Part shown: in pieces, positions 16,367 through 24,992 of the stretch | Layout of the letters: the number at the start of each line of letters is the position of its first letter | How positions within the stretch are numbered: the stretch's first letter is position 1 | Assembly: GCA_964406735.1 (NCBI GenBank) | Contig: CAYOSU010000004.1 | Coordinates: 1,782-65,781 of the forward strand | Direction of reading: 5' to 3' | From: an uncultured Clostridia bacterium | GTDB lineage: Bacteria; Bacillota; Clostridia; Christensenellales; CAMQZB01 | Length of the DNA: 64,000 bases | Position numbers and translations under genes: made by a program | Notes under the pieces: generated by a model | Database searches by the model: none | What the model saw: only the letters and a program-made list of their open reading frames with translations | Told to the model about the DNA's origin: nothing

Positions 16367-17219
16367 GCAAAGATACGACGAACTTAAAATAAAAGCCGAG
16401 GCGTGCATAAAAGAGCACTTCGTGGGCGGCGGCTTTGAACGCCTTGAAAAGGGTATGGAATACTCGCTTTTCGCAGGCGGGAAGAGACTTCGCCCGATAA
16501 TAATGCTCTATATGTCAGAGTACTTCGGCGTAGACGAGAAAAAAGCGTCTGCGTTTTGTGCGGCGGTGGAGATGATACACACTTATTCGTTGATACACGA
16601 CGATCTGCCGGCGCTTGATAACGACGATTTCAGAAGAGGTAAGCCTACCAATCATAAGGTGTTCGGAGAGGATTTTGCCGTCGTAAACGGCGATGCGCTT
16701 CTCAATTTGGCGTACGAAACGGTGCTTAACGTCGTTGAAAATAAAGACGATATTGAAGCGGCAAAGCTGCTTGCTTTGAGCGCAGGACATAAGGGTATGT
16801 GCTCGGGACAGGCGGCGGACTTATATTATTCAGATAAAGAGTGCGACGCAAAGACCGTAGATTATATCAACGCTAACAAGACGGGTGCGCTTTTAGAAGC
16901 GTGCTTCGTGTGCCCGGCGGCTCTTGCAGGAAGAGCGGATGTGATCCCCCAGCTTTCAAAGATAGGCACGCTTTTCGGCGAGGTGTTTCAGATAAAGGAC
17001 GACCTTCTCGACAGATACGGCGAGAGCGAAAAGCTCGGCAAGAGCGTAGGAAAAGACGACAAAGACAATAAGTCGACTACCTTGAATATACTCGGCGAGG
17101 AGAAGACGTACGAGCTTATCGAGGAAAAGAAGAACCAGATACTTTATATGACGGACTCCATCGGCGGACTTACATTCCTTCACGAGCTTACCGAATATAT
17201 CGTCGAAAGAGATCGCTGA
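16359..17219 (+). CDS. ispA: Polyprenyl (farnesyl/geranylgeranyl) diphosphate synthase
   Basis: GGKRLRP, IHTYSLIHDDLPALDNDDFRRGKPT (first DDxxD) and FQIKDDLLD (second). Confidence 0.85.
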   Translation: MFKQRYDELKIKAEACIKEHFVGGGFERLEKGMEYSLFAGGKRLRPIIMLYMSEYFGVDEKKASAFCAAVEMIHTYSLIHDDLPALDNDDFRRGKPTNHKVFGEDFAVVNGDALLNLAYETVLNVVENKDDIEAAKLLALSAGHKGMCSGQAADLYYSDKECDAKTVDYINANKTGALLEACFVCPAALAGRADVIPQLSKIGTLFGEVFQIKDDLLDRYGESEKLGKSVGKDDKDNKSTTLNILGEEKTYELIEEKKNQILYMTDSIGGLTFLHELTEYIVERDR

Positions 17220-17237
17220 ACAAAAAAGAAATTATGA

Positions 17238-17264
17238 GCGCACCTTGCAATAAGGTGCGTTTTA
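17238..17264 (+). terminator. Rho-independent terminator after ispA
   Basis: GCGCACCTT / AAGGTGCG followed by a T-run. Confidence 0.7.
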
Positions 17265-17315
17265 TTTATAAAAATGTGATTTTTGTGTGCAAAAAGGCAA
17301 TATTATAAAAATTGC

Positions 17316-17344
17316 TTGATATTTGAAAATAAATATGCTATTAT
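17316..17344 (+). promoter_or_regulatory. Sigma-A type promoter of the large ncRNA
   Basis: TTGATA (17316-17321), 17-nt spacer, TGcTATTAT (-10 at 17339-17344). Confidence 0.55.
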
Positions 17345-17349
17345 TACAT

Positions 17350-17992
17350 TCCATAGGTGGTGCAGTATTCTAGTCGGATTTCCGCATTCTGAAAACGGGG
17401 TTAAAAGACCGTAGCGGGCATATCGATGAAGTTTCTGGTGCATGCTTCCGTTGCCCAAACGGGGGTGTGTGCTGGAAGATAAGGTCTATGGGCGTTCCGT
17501 AACGGCATACGGAGAGCGACCCATTTACCGCGGAGGCTCAAATACGTGGAGAAGATTAAGTTCACGCTCTACGGTTTGAGATTAAACCTGCAATGTGGCA
17601 ACAAAACGCTATGTGCAGTGTAGCCTGCCTTGAGTGGACGGTGTGGATCAGGGAACAACGAATAAGTTAAGGCCATTAACGAAAGCGATCGCTCTGTGAA
17701 ACACACATCTGCAAAAGAGGCTGGGAATGTGGGGATCTGTCAATGAAAGATTCTAGGCTGTGCGGAGAACCGCTTATGCGTATCTGGGATTAAAGTGTGG
17801 TCTTAGTGGCGATTCAGTTGTGCGTTTGGCGACAGCGCACCGCCCTGTTTGAACGGAAACGGCTCCTGCGGTGACGGGGAGTACAGCGTGCGGAGAAACT
17901 CTACTGAACCTTATGCCGCAAAGTTTACTGGATGCGCAACCACCTCAATCGAAATTATCAAGGCGATGGGTCAGCCCACCGCCTTGTTTTTT
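17350..17992 (+). ncRNA. Large structured non-coding RNA, OLE (ornate large extremophilic) RNA candidate
   Basis: No credible ORF. Own promoter and terminator (17962-17992). Closing helix 17356-17363 / 17936-17944 and many internal hairpins. Diagnostic synteny: ispA upstream; a 4-TM protein, tlyA, nadK, argR and recN downstream. Confidence 0.7.
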
Positions 17993-18030
17993 AAGAAAAT
18001 ATCAAGAAAGAGTAAAGGAGTAAAAGAAAA

Positions 18031-18738
18031 ATGGAAGAAATTCCCCGAAGTAGCGAGCAATACGATTACGAGTTCCCCGACGATTATACGCTCGGGCAAG
18101 AAGAGATCGTGATGATCACCCCTAAGGAGAAAAAGCAAGAGGAAGAAAAGTCCGAAAAGCCTCGCAAAACGCAAAAAAAGCCTGAAAAAAAGAACGCAGA
18201 GGAGAAAAAAGCGCTCGAAAAGCGCAAAAACGTCCGTTGGGTAATAAGGACGTTCCTTTTAACTCTTGTCCTGTCGTCGATATTTTTGATCATAACCGAG
18301 CAGGTGTCCGAGAAAGGCAACTTAGTACTGTCTCTCGTTTTGCTGGTGCTTCTCATTATGATAGGTATACTTTTCGATATGGTCGGAACTGCAACGGCGT
18401 CGGCAGACATTGAACCCTTCGTATCTAAGGCGGCGAGAAAGGACAAGTCTGCTATGATGGCGATAAAGATACTCCAGAACGCAGAAAAGGTATCGAGCTT
18501 TTGCAACGACATCGTCGGCGACATCTGCGGCGTAGTGTCGGGCGGATGCGCCTCGTCGATAGTAATAATCCTCTTAAACAACTTCACGTTGAACAATTTC
18601 GTAGTGTCCGTTGCGCTTTCTGCGTGCGTTTCCGCAATGACCGTAGGCGGCAAGGCGATAGGCAAGACGTTCAGCATGAAGAACAGCCACGAGATAATAG
18701 CGTTGGTCGGAAAAGTAGCTTCCGTTTTCAAGAAATAA
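18031..18738 (+). CDS. oapA: Four-TM membrane protein in the OapA (OLE-associated protein A) position, with a K/E-rich N-terminal tail
   Basis: AAAGGAG RBS. About 70 aa of low-complexity charged N-terminus, then hydrophobic segments WVIRTFLLTLVLSSIFLII, LVLSLVLLVLLIMIGILFDMVG, ICGVVSGGCASSIVIILL and FVVSVALSACVSAMTVGG. The assignment rests mainly on position next to the RNA. Confidence 0.55.
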   Translation: MEEIPRSSEQYDYEFPDDYTLGQEEIVMITPKEKKQEEEKSEKPRKTQKKPEKKNAEEKKALEKRKNVRWVIRTFLLTLVLSSIFLIITEQVSEKGNLVLSLVLLVLLIMIGILFDMVGTATASADIEPFVSKAARKDKSAMMAIKILQNAEKVSSFCNDIVGDICGVVSGGCASSIVIILLNNFTLNNFVVSVALSACVSAMTVGGKAIGKTFSMKNSHEIIALVGKVASVFKK

Positions 18739-18741
18739 GCC

Positions 18742-19500
18742 ATGCGCCTTGATGTATATTTAGCAAACGACCCTTCCGTCAGATCGAGGACGAAGGCCAA
18801 AGAGATGATAGAAAAAGGTCTCGTAACGGTCAACGGCAAAACGGCAACCAAGCCGTCAGAGGATGTGACCGAACGGGATGAAGTCGTCATAACGGAAAAA
18901 CTCAAGTACGTTTCAAAGGGCGGCGATAAGCTCGAAAGGGCGATCACCGCTTTTTCTTACGACCCGACGGGCAAGGTGTTTATCGACGTAGGCGCAAGCA
19001 ACGGCGGCTTTACCGATTGCCTTCTTCAATACGGCGCAAGCAAGGTGTATTGCGTAGACGTCGGCGAGGGACAGCTCGACGAGAGAATAAAAAGCGATAG
19101 CCGCATAGTCGTTATGGATAACACCAACGGCAGGGACTTGAAAAAAGAGATGTTTGCGGAAAGCCCGATATACGCCGTTTCCGACGTTTCGTTCATTTCC
19201 GTAGAATTGATAATACCGCCGCTTTCCGAGATAGTAGAGGAGATGCTGCTCCTTATCAAGCCGCAATTTATCTGCGGCAGAAAGGCGCTTAACAAAAGCG
19301 GCATAGTAACGAGCGAAAAGGATAGATTAACTGCAGTTTTGAAAGTCAACGCCGCTCTTTCCCAAAACGGATTTCACACAAACGGCTTGACGGTCGGAGC
19401 GAGCGGAAAGAATAAGAACACCGAATACGTCTGCCTTGCGACCAAAAAAGAGGGCTACAGCGAGGAAGAAATTACTGCGATATTTGAGAAATTGCAATAA
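18742..19500 (+). CDS. tlyA: TlyA-family rRNA 2'-O-methyltransferase (S4 domain + FtsJ-like)
   Basis: MRLDVYL....S.RSR.KA..MI..G.V.VNG (S4 domain) and DVGASNGGFTDCLLQ.GA..VY.VDVG (SAM site). Confidence 0.85.
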   Translation: MRLDVYLANDPSVRSRTKAKEMIEKGLVTVNGKTATKPSEDVTERDEVVITEKLKYVSKGGDKLERAITAFSYDPTGKVFIDVGASNGGFTDCLLQYGASKVYCVDVGEGQLDERIKSDSRIVVMDNTNGRDLKKEMFAESPIYAVSDVSFISVELIIPPLSEIVEEMLLLIKPQFICGRKALNKSGIVTSEKDRLTAVLKVNAALSQNGFHTNGLTVGASGKNKNTEYVCLATKKEGYSEEEITAIFEKLQ

Positions 19501-19559
19501 TTTTATGCAAGACGCTTGAATATTTATGCATTTTGATGTAAACTAATACCGAGGACAAT

Positions 19560-20390
19560 ATGAAAGCGATCATACATTACAATATGACCCGTGACGTAAG
19601 CGGAATAAAGAGCACGCTTTTTGCCGAAAAGATGGCAAGCGCAGGCGTCGAGGTATATTTTGACAGCGACGTATACGGCTTCGAGAGAGCAACTGAAGCG
19701 GACTTTGAAAACGCCGATGTTCTAGTTACCCTTGGCGGCGACGGAACGGTTCTCGGCGTATCGTCAATAGCTACGAAGTATAACCTTCCCGTTTTAGGCA
19801 TAAACATCGGCAATTTAGGCTATTTGACTGCGTTTGAGTATTCCGAAACCGACGAAGCGATAGCCCTGCTTACGGGCAGAAAACTGGTGCAAGAGGAACG
19901 ATCCATGCTCGAAACGGTGGTTGACGGCAAAACGCATACTGCGCTCAACGAGATAGGCGTTCTTGCAAGCAGCGACGGCGAACTTCCCGCAAAGGTAGCC
20001 ACCCTTTCTGCGTATTCTGACGGCGTAAAGGTAGATACCTTCCGTGCGGACGGACTTATAGTCGCAACGCCTACGGGCTCGACTGCGTATTCGCTTGCGG
20101 CAGGAGGTCCTATCATGGAGCCTTGCGTTTCGGCGATACTTCTGACTGCGATATGCTCCCATTCGCTCCACAATAGGCCGATACTCGTCAAAGAGTCGGC
20201 AAAGGTGGTCGTAGAGGTAGAAAAGTGCGCCTCGAGCTGCCACTTGGTAGCTGACGGCAAGCTTCTTTGCAAGCTGTCTGTCGGCGATAAAATAACGGTA
20301 AACGCCTCTTCAAAAAAGCTTACGCTTTTGAAAAGAGCAGACGAGAGCTTCTACGAGAAGCTGTATAAAAAAATGATAAGAGGAAACTAA
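19560..20390 (+). CDS. nadK: NAD kinase
   Basis: GGDGTVLG, GINIGNLGYLT, ADGLIVATPTGSTAYSLAAGGPI. Confidence 0.9.
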   Translation: MKAIIHYNMTRDVSGIKSTLFAEKMASAGVEVYFDSDVYGFERATEADFENADVLVTLGGDGTVLGVSSIATKYNLPVLGINIGNLGYLTAFEYSETDEAIALLTGRKLVQEERSMLETVVDGKTHTALNEIGVLASSDGELPAKVATLSAYSDGVKVDTFRADGLIVATPTGSTAYSLAAGGPIMEPCVSAILLTAICSHSLHNRPILVKESAKVVVEVEKCASSCHLVADGKLLCKLSVGDKITVNASSKKLTLLKRADESFYEKLYKKMIRGN

Positions 20391-20392
20391 CA

Positions 20393-20845
20393 ATGGAAAG
20401 AACTTCAAGACAAAGCAAGATACTCGAGATAATAGCGGCTTACGAGATAGAGACTCAGGAAGAGCTCGTAGCAAAGCTCCGTGAAGACGGCTGTCACGTA
20501 ACGCAAGCCACCGTTTCGAGAGACATAAAGGAGCTTGGACTCATCAAGGCTCAGACGAAGTCTGGCAAGTATGCGTATTCCCACGTAGACAATCAGACGC
20601 ATAAAATATCGGGCAAGATAGTCAATATGTTCCGTGAATCCGTAATATCCGTTGCGTCTTCGGGAAATCTCATCGTAATAAAGACTCTCAACGGCTCGGC
20701 GAACGCCGCCGCACTTTTAGTGGACAAGCTCGGCATGGACGAGATACTCGGATCGGTCGCAGGCGACGATACGTTGCTTGTAGTAGCGGCAAGCGAAAAA
20801 GCGGTAACGCTCATCAAAAAGAGGATAGAAGAAGAGATCGGATAA
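20393..20845 (+). CDS. argR: Arginine repressor
   Basis: RQ..I.EII....I.TQEELV..L...G..VTQATVSRDIKEL, and C-terminal GSVAGDDT. Confidence 0.9.
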   Translation: MERTSRQSKILEIIAAYEIETQEELVAKLREDGCHVTQATVSRDIKELGLIKAQTKSGKYAYSHVDNQTHKISGKIVNMFRESVISVASSGNLIVIKTLNGSANAAALLVDKLGMDEILGSVAGDDTLLVVAASEKAVTLIKKRIEEEIG

Positions 20846-22537
20846 ATGCTGAAAAGTCTTTTCATAAAAAACGTCGCACTGATAAAAGAGCTGTCGGTCT
20901 GTTTTGACGAAAGGATAAACGTCTTTTCGGGCGAAACGGGCGCAGGCAAGTCGATAATCATCGACGCACTCGAATTTATGCTCGGTGCGAAAGCGGATAA
21001 GAGCCTCATCAGACACGGCGAGGAGACTGCGCTTGTCGAGGGCGTGTTCGACATATCGGGAAGCGCACTTGCAAAATCGACGCTTCAAGGCTTTGGCTTT
21101 GACGATGACGACGAAGTGATGATAACTCGCTCGATGACGGTATCAGGTCGCAATGAGATAAGGATAAACGGCAGAGCTTCGACCCTTGCGATGCTGCGAG
21201 AGCTTACGTCAAAGCTCGTGGACGTGCACGGTCAAAGCGAGCATTTTGCCCTTTCAAAGGTAAGCACTCACTTGGAGCTTTTGGATAAGTTCGGCAAGGA
21301 CGAGCTAAGCGGCAAAAAAGAGGAATTTGCGGCTGAATACGGCAAATTTACGGCGTTAAAGAGGGAGCTTGGCACTTTTGGCGGAAGCGAGGGCGAGCGA
21401 GCAAGACTTATCGACCTATACGGCTTCCAGATAGAAGAGATAGAGGAAGCGAACCTGAAAGAGGGCGAGGAAGAGGAACTCAACGCACGCTTTTCCGTAG
21501 TTACCCACGCCGAGAAGATAGCGACTGCGCTTTCAGCGGCGCACGAGGCTATGACGGGCGAGATGGGCGGCATGACGGCGTTTTCCGCCGCAAGAGAGGA
21601 GCTTTCGTCGATAGAGTCGTTAAGCGACAAGATATCGCCCTTGAAAGAGCGTTTAACGAGCTGTTTAATAGAGCTTGAAGATATAACCGAAACGGTCAGC
21701 GACCTTGCGGAAGAACTCAATTTCGACGAGAGAGAGGCTGATATAATAGCCGATAGGCTTGAACGCATAAAGTCGTTGAAGCGTAAATACGGCAACGGCT
21801 ACGAGGAGATACAGGAGTACTTAAAAAAGACCCGTGCAGAGTACGACAAGCTCACGAACGCCGCTGACGAGATAGCGAGGATCTCTGCCGAAATATCGAG
21901 GCAAGAAGGAGTGCTTAGGCGTTTGGGCAAGGAGCTTTCAAACGCAAGACGAGACGTTGCGAAAAAGTTCTCTTCACGGATCGTAACGGAGCTTAAAGAG
22001 CTCGGCATGGAGAACGCAAGCTTTGAGGTAGAGTTCAAGGACGGAACATTCGAGGAGCTTTTGACAAAGGCCGGAATAGACAGCGTCGAGTTTATGTTCA
22101 GTGCCAATATGGGCGAACCCTTGATGCCCCTTGTAAAGGTAATTTCGGGCGGCGAGATGTCTAGATTCATGCTGGGCTTAAAGTCAATTACCGCAGGAAT
22201 AGACAACATCGGAACGCTTGTATTCGACGAGATAGATACGGGAATTTCCGGTAAAATAGCGCACGTCGTTGCTGAAAAGTTCATCAAGCTTTCAAAAAGC
22301 TGCCAGCTTCTCGTAATAACCCACCTGCCGCAGATAGCTGCGTGCGGCGATGAGAACCTGCTCATCGCAAAGGGAGTTAAGGACGGCCATACCGAAACGA
22401 GCGTAAGGCTTCTTTCAAATAGCGAGAGAGTTTCCGAGATAATAAGGCTTTCGGGCGCAAAGGAAGAGTCGGATGCGGCTTGCGAGAATGCGAGAGAACT
22501 CATTTCTCATTACCAAAACCTAAAAGAGAAAAGATAA
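20846..22537 (+). CDS. recN: DNA repair protein RecN
   Basis: Walker A GETGAGKSIIIDAL, long coiled coil, signature SGGEMSRFML, Walker B LVFDEIDTGISG. Confidence 0.95.
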   Translation: MLKSLFIKNVALIKELSVCFDERINVFSGETGAGKSIIIDALEFMLGAKADKSLIRHGEETALVEGVFDISGSALAKSTLQGFGFDDDDEVMITRSMTVSGRNEIRINGRASTLAMLRELTSKLVDVHGQSEHFALSKVSTHLELLDKFGKDELSGKKEEFAAEYGKFTALKRELGTFGGSEGERARLIDLYGFQIEEIEEANLKEGEEEELNARFSVVTHAEKIATALSAAHEAMTGEMGGMTAFSAAREELSSIESLSDKISPLKERLTSCLIELEDITETVSDLAEELNFDEREADIIADRLERIKSLKRKYGNGYEEIQEYLKKTRAEYDKLTNAADEIARISAEISRQEGVLRRLGKELSNARRDVAKKFSSRIVTELKELGMENASFEVEFKDGTFEELLTKAGIDSVEFMFSANMGEPLMPLVKVISGGEMSRFMLGLKSITAGIDNIGTLVFDEIDTGISGKIAHVVAEKFIKLSKSCQLLVITHLPQIAACGDENLLIAKGVKDGHTETSVRLLSNSERVSEIIRLSGAKEESDAACENARELISHYQNLKEKR

Positions 22538-22543
22538 AAAAAA

Positions 22544-22578
22544 GAGCCGTTTTCCGAAAAGGAAGCGGCTTTCATTTT
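22544..22578 (+). terminator. Rho-independent terminator after recN
   Basis: GAGCCGTTTTCC / GGAAGCGGCTT stem followed by a T-rich tail. Confidence 0.6.
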
Positions 22579-22653
22579 GCCCGTCCTTTGCTTTACAACT
22601 AAGGCGGCGGTATTGTATAATAATAAAGACGAAATAAAAACAAGGAGATAAGT

Positions 22654-23436
22654 ATGGAAAAACTCAGAAACAAAAGGGGCTTTATCTGCGATATGGACGG
22701 TGTCATCTACCATGGCAATAATCTTCTCCCTGGCGTAAAAGAATTTGTGGACTGGCTATATAAAAACGATAAGCAGTTTTTATTCTTGACCAACAGCAGC
22801 CAGAAAACGCCAAAAGAACTGTCGCAAAAGCTCAAAAGAATGGGGCTTGACGTAGACGAGTCGCATTTTTACACCTCCGCATTGGCAACGGCATCGTTCT
22901 TGGCCTCTCAAAAGGAGAACTGCTCGGCGTTCGTATTGGGCGATGCAGGGCTCACAAACGCATTGTACGAAAAGAACATCTCGTTCAACGACGTCGATCC
23001 CGACTACGTAGTCATCGGCGAGACGAATAATTACAGCTTTGAGAACATCTGCAAGGCGACGAACTTAGTGCTCAAAGGCGCAAGACTCATTGCGACGAAC
23101 AGCGACGTAACAGGACCTGTCGAAAACGGCATAGTGCCTGCGTGCAAGGCGTTAGTTGCTCCGATAGAGCTTGCGACCGAACGCAAGGCGTACTTTGTCG
23201 GCAAGCCCAACCCCTTGATGATGCGTGCGGCACTCGAACGCTTCCACGACGTAGAGATACACAGCAAGGACGTAGCAATGATAGGGGACAGAATGGATAC
23301 CGACATAGTCATCGGCATCGAGTCCGGTATAGATCCCATATTGGTGCTTTCGGGCGTAACGGACGAGGAAGAAGTCAAGAAATATCCGTATAGACCGAGA
23401 CTTATCTTAAACGGTGTCGGCGATATAGCGAAATAA
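22654..23436 (+). CDS. HAD-IIA family sugar-phosphate phosphatase (NagD-like)
   Basis: FICDMDGVIYHG (DxDG), FLTNSS, GKPNP, MIGDRMDTDI. Confidence 0.8.
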   Translation: MEKLRNKRGFICDMDGVIYHGNNLLPGVKEFVDWLYKNDKQFLFLTNSSQKTPKELSQKLKRMGLDVDESHFYTSALATASFLASQKENCSAFVLGDAGLTNALYEKNISFNDVDPDYVVIGETNNYSFENICKATNLVLKGARLIATNSDVTGPVENGIVPACKALVAPIELATERKAYFVGKPNPLMMRAALERFHDVEIHSKDVAMIGDRMDTDIVIGIESGIDPILVLSGVTDEEEVKKYPYRPRLILNGVGDIAK

Positions 23437-23476
23437 CGGCAATATCAAGGTAAATTCATGCGTTCAGGAGTTAGAT

Positions 23477-23929
23477 ATGACGAAAGCAGAAAGAGCAAGA
23501 GAACTGTTTTTAGAGGGCTATAACTGCTCGCAGAGTATCGCAGGTGCGTTTTGCGACGAGTTGGGACTTGACTTTGAAAGTGCCGTAACGTTGTCGGCTG
23601 GCTTTGGCGGCGGTATGGGCAGACTAAGAGAGGTATGTGGTGCTTTTTCGGGAATAACTCTCGTTTTATCGTCTGTTTGCGGCTACAAAGAGCCCGACGA
23701 TACAAAAAAGAAGGCGCTATACGAAAAAGTTCAGACGCTTGGGAAAGAGTTTAGAAAGCGCAACGGAGCGCTCCTTTGCAGGGATATACTCTCCCTTCAG
23801 GCAAACGAAAAGACCGACCCGACGCCCGAAAAAAGAACAGAAAAATACTACGCGTCACGCCCGTGTGCGACCGTAGTATATAATGCGGCGGCTGTGCTTG
23901 AAGAATTTTTATCATCGCAGGCTGAATAA
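23477..23929 (+). CDS. C_GCAxxG_C_C family protein
   Basis: GYNCSQSIAGAF, GGGMG....VCGAFSG and C-terminal cysteines typical of the family. Confidence 0.8.
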   Translation: MTKAERARELFLEGYNCSQSIAGAFCDELGLDFESAVTLSAGFGGGMGRLREVCGAFSGITLVLSSVCGYKEPDDTKKKALYEKVQTLGKEFRKRNGALLCRDILSLQANEKTDPTPEKRTEKYYASRPCATVVYNAAAVLEEFLSSQAE

Positions 23930-24082
23930 AAAACAACGCAAAAAATACCGAAAGCTTGGCAAAACGCCGAGCTTTTTTAATTTTCAGGAAATTTTTTTTC
24001 TAAAACCACCGTTTTATATCAAAAAACGCTTGACAATAACAATACTTCGTGATACGATGTATTACGCAAAGGGAGGTATGCG

Positions 24083-24403
24083 ATGGACGTACAGTTAAAA
24101 AGAGGACTGCTTGACGTTTGCGTATTGGCGGCGATAAAAAACGAGGACTCCTACGGCTACAAGATGATCAAGGACATGAAGCCGTACTTAGAGCTTTCCG
24201 AATCAACGCTGTATACGATATTAAAGCGGCTCGAGCTATCAAAGATGCTGACGGTGCGAACTGCCGAGCACGAGGGAAGACTGAGGAAGTATTACCACAT
24301 AACGCCGCTCGGCTTACAGCGTATCGAGGAATTTAAGGACGATTGGCAGGAGATAATGTCGATATACAGGTTCGTAACGAAGGAGGATAACGCCGATGAC
24401 TAA
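24083..24403 (+). CDS. PadR-family transcriptional regulator
   Basis: LKRGLLDVCVLAAIKNEDSYGYKMIKDM....LSESTLYTILKRLE. Confidence 0.9.
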   Translation: MDVQLKRGLLDVCVLAAIKNEDSYGYKMIKDMKPYLELSESTLYTILKRLELSKMLTVRTAEHEGRLRKYYHITPLGLQRIEEFKDDWQEIMSIYRFVTKEDNADD

Positions 24404-24992
24404 AAAGGAATTTTTACAAAGGCTTGAAAAGGGCTTAAAGGGCGTGCCGAAAGAGGATATAGAGGAAAGAGTTGCCTTTTACGGCGAGATGATAGACGAC
24501 CGCATAGAGGACGGACTCAGCGAGGAAGAGGCGGTAGCAAACGTCGGAGACGTCGATGGAATTATATCGCAGATAATTGCAGACGTGCCGCTGACAAAGC
24601 TCGTCAAAGAGAAGATACGCCCCAAGCGTACGCTCAGCGTCTGGGAGATAGTTCTGATAGTGCTCGGCTTTCCCATCTGGTTCCCGCTCGGAATTGCGAT
24701 ATGTGCGATAGTGTTATCTGCGTACATAGTCCTTTGGGCTTTGGTGCTTTCGCTTTGGGTGATAGATCTTGCATTTGCCGTTACTGCGATAGGCTTAGTA
24801 GCGGCAGGCGTTGTATCGCTTGTAGGCGGCGGAGTACGAGGCACGGTAGTCATCGGCACGGGAATCATCTTTGCGGGGCTTTCGATACTTCTGTTCTTCG
24901 GCTGTAAATACGCAACCAAGGGAGCGGCATTGCTCACAAAGAGAATAACGCTTTGGATAAAGAGTTTGTTCATCAAAAAGGAGGAAATATAA
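24396..24992 (+). CDS. DUF1700-type membrane protein (PadR-associated)
   Basis: MTKKEFLQRLEKGLKGVPKEDIEERVAFYGEMIDD N-terminus typical of DUF1700, followed by 3-4 TM segments. Overlaps the padR stop. Confidence 0.7.
   Translation: MTKKEFLQRLEKGLKGVPKEDIEERVAFYGEMIDDRIEDGLSEEEAVANVGDVDGIISQIIADVPLTKLVKEKIRPKRTLSVWEIVLIVLGFPIWFPLGIAICAIVLSAYIVLWALVLSLWVIDLAFAVTAIGLVAAGVVSLVGGGVRGTVVIGTGIIFAGLSILLFFGCKYATKGAALLTKRITLWIKSLFIKKEEI

Noticed and set aside
17350-17992. Alternative identities for the large RNA (ROOL, GOLLD, HEARO, a very long T-box or 5' UTR)
   Set aside because: ROOL and GOLLD are typically near tRNAs or prophages. A UTR is unlikely because the RNA has its own terminator before the next gene. 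The ispA/tlyA/nadK/recN synteny is specific for OLE. A covariance-model search is still needed.
17849-18112. 87-aa ORF overlapping the 3' part of the large RNA and the start of the membrane-protein gene
   Set aside because: It has no RBS, crosses a strong intrinsic terminator (17962-17992), and has an implausible composition. The region is better explained as structured RNA followed by the 18031 CDS.
18084-18947. 287-aa antisense ORF opposite the oapA-like and tlyA genes. Similar long antisense ORFs occur at 21268-22503, 34855-35952, 37327-38184, 14304-14819 and 56227-56949.
   Set aside because: These are shadow ORFs on the strand opposite genes with clear family motifs. They are Ser/Pro/Leu-rich low-complexity translations with no RBS.
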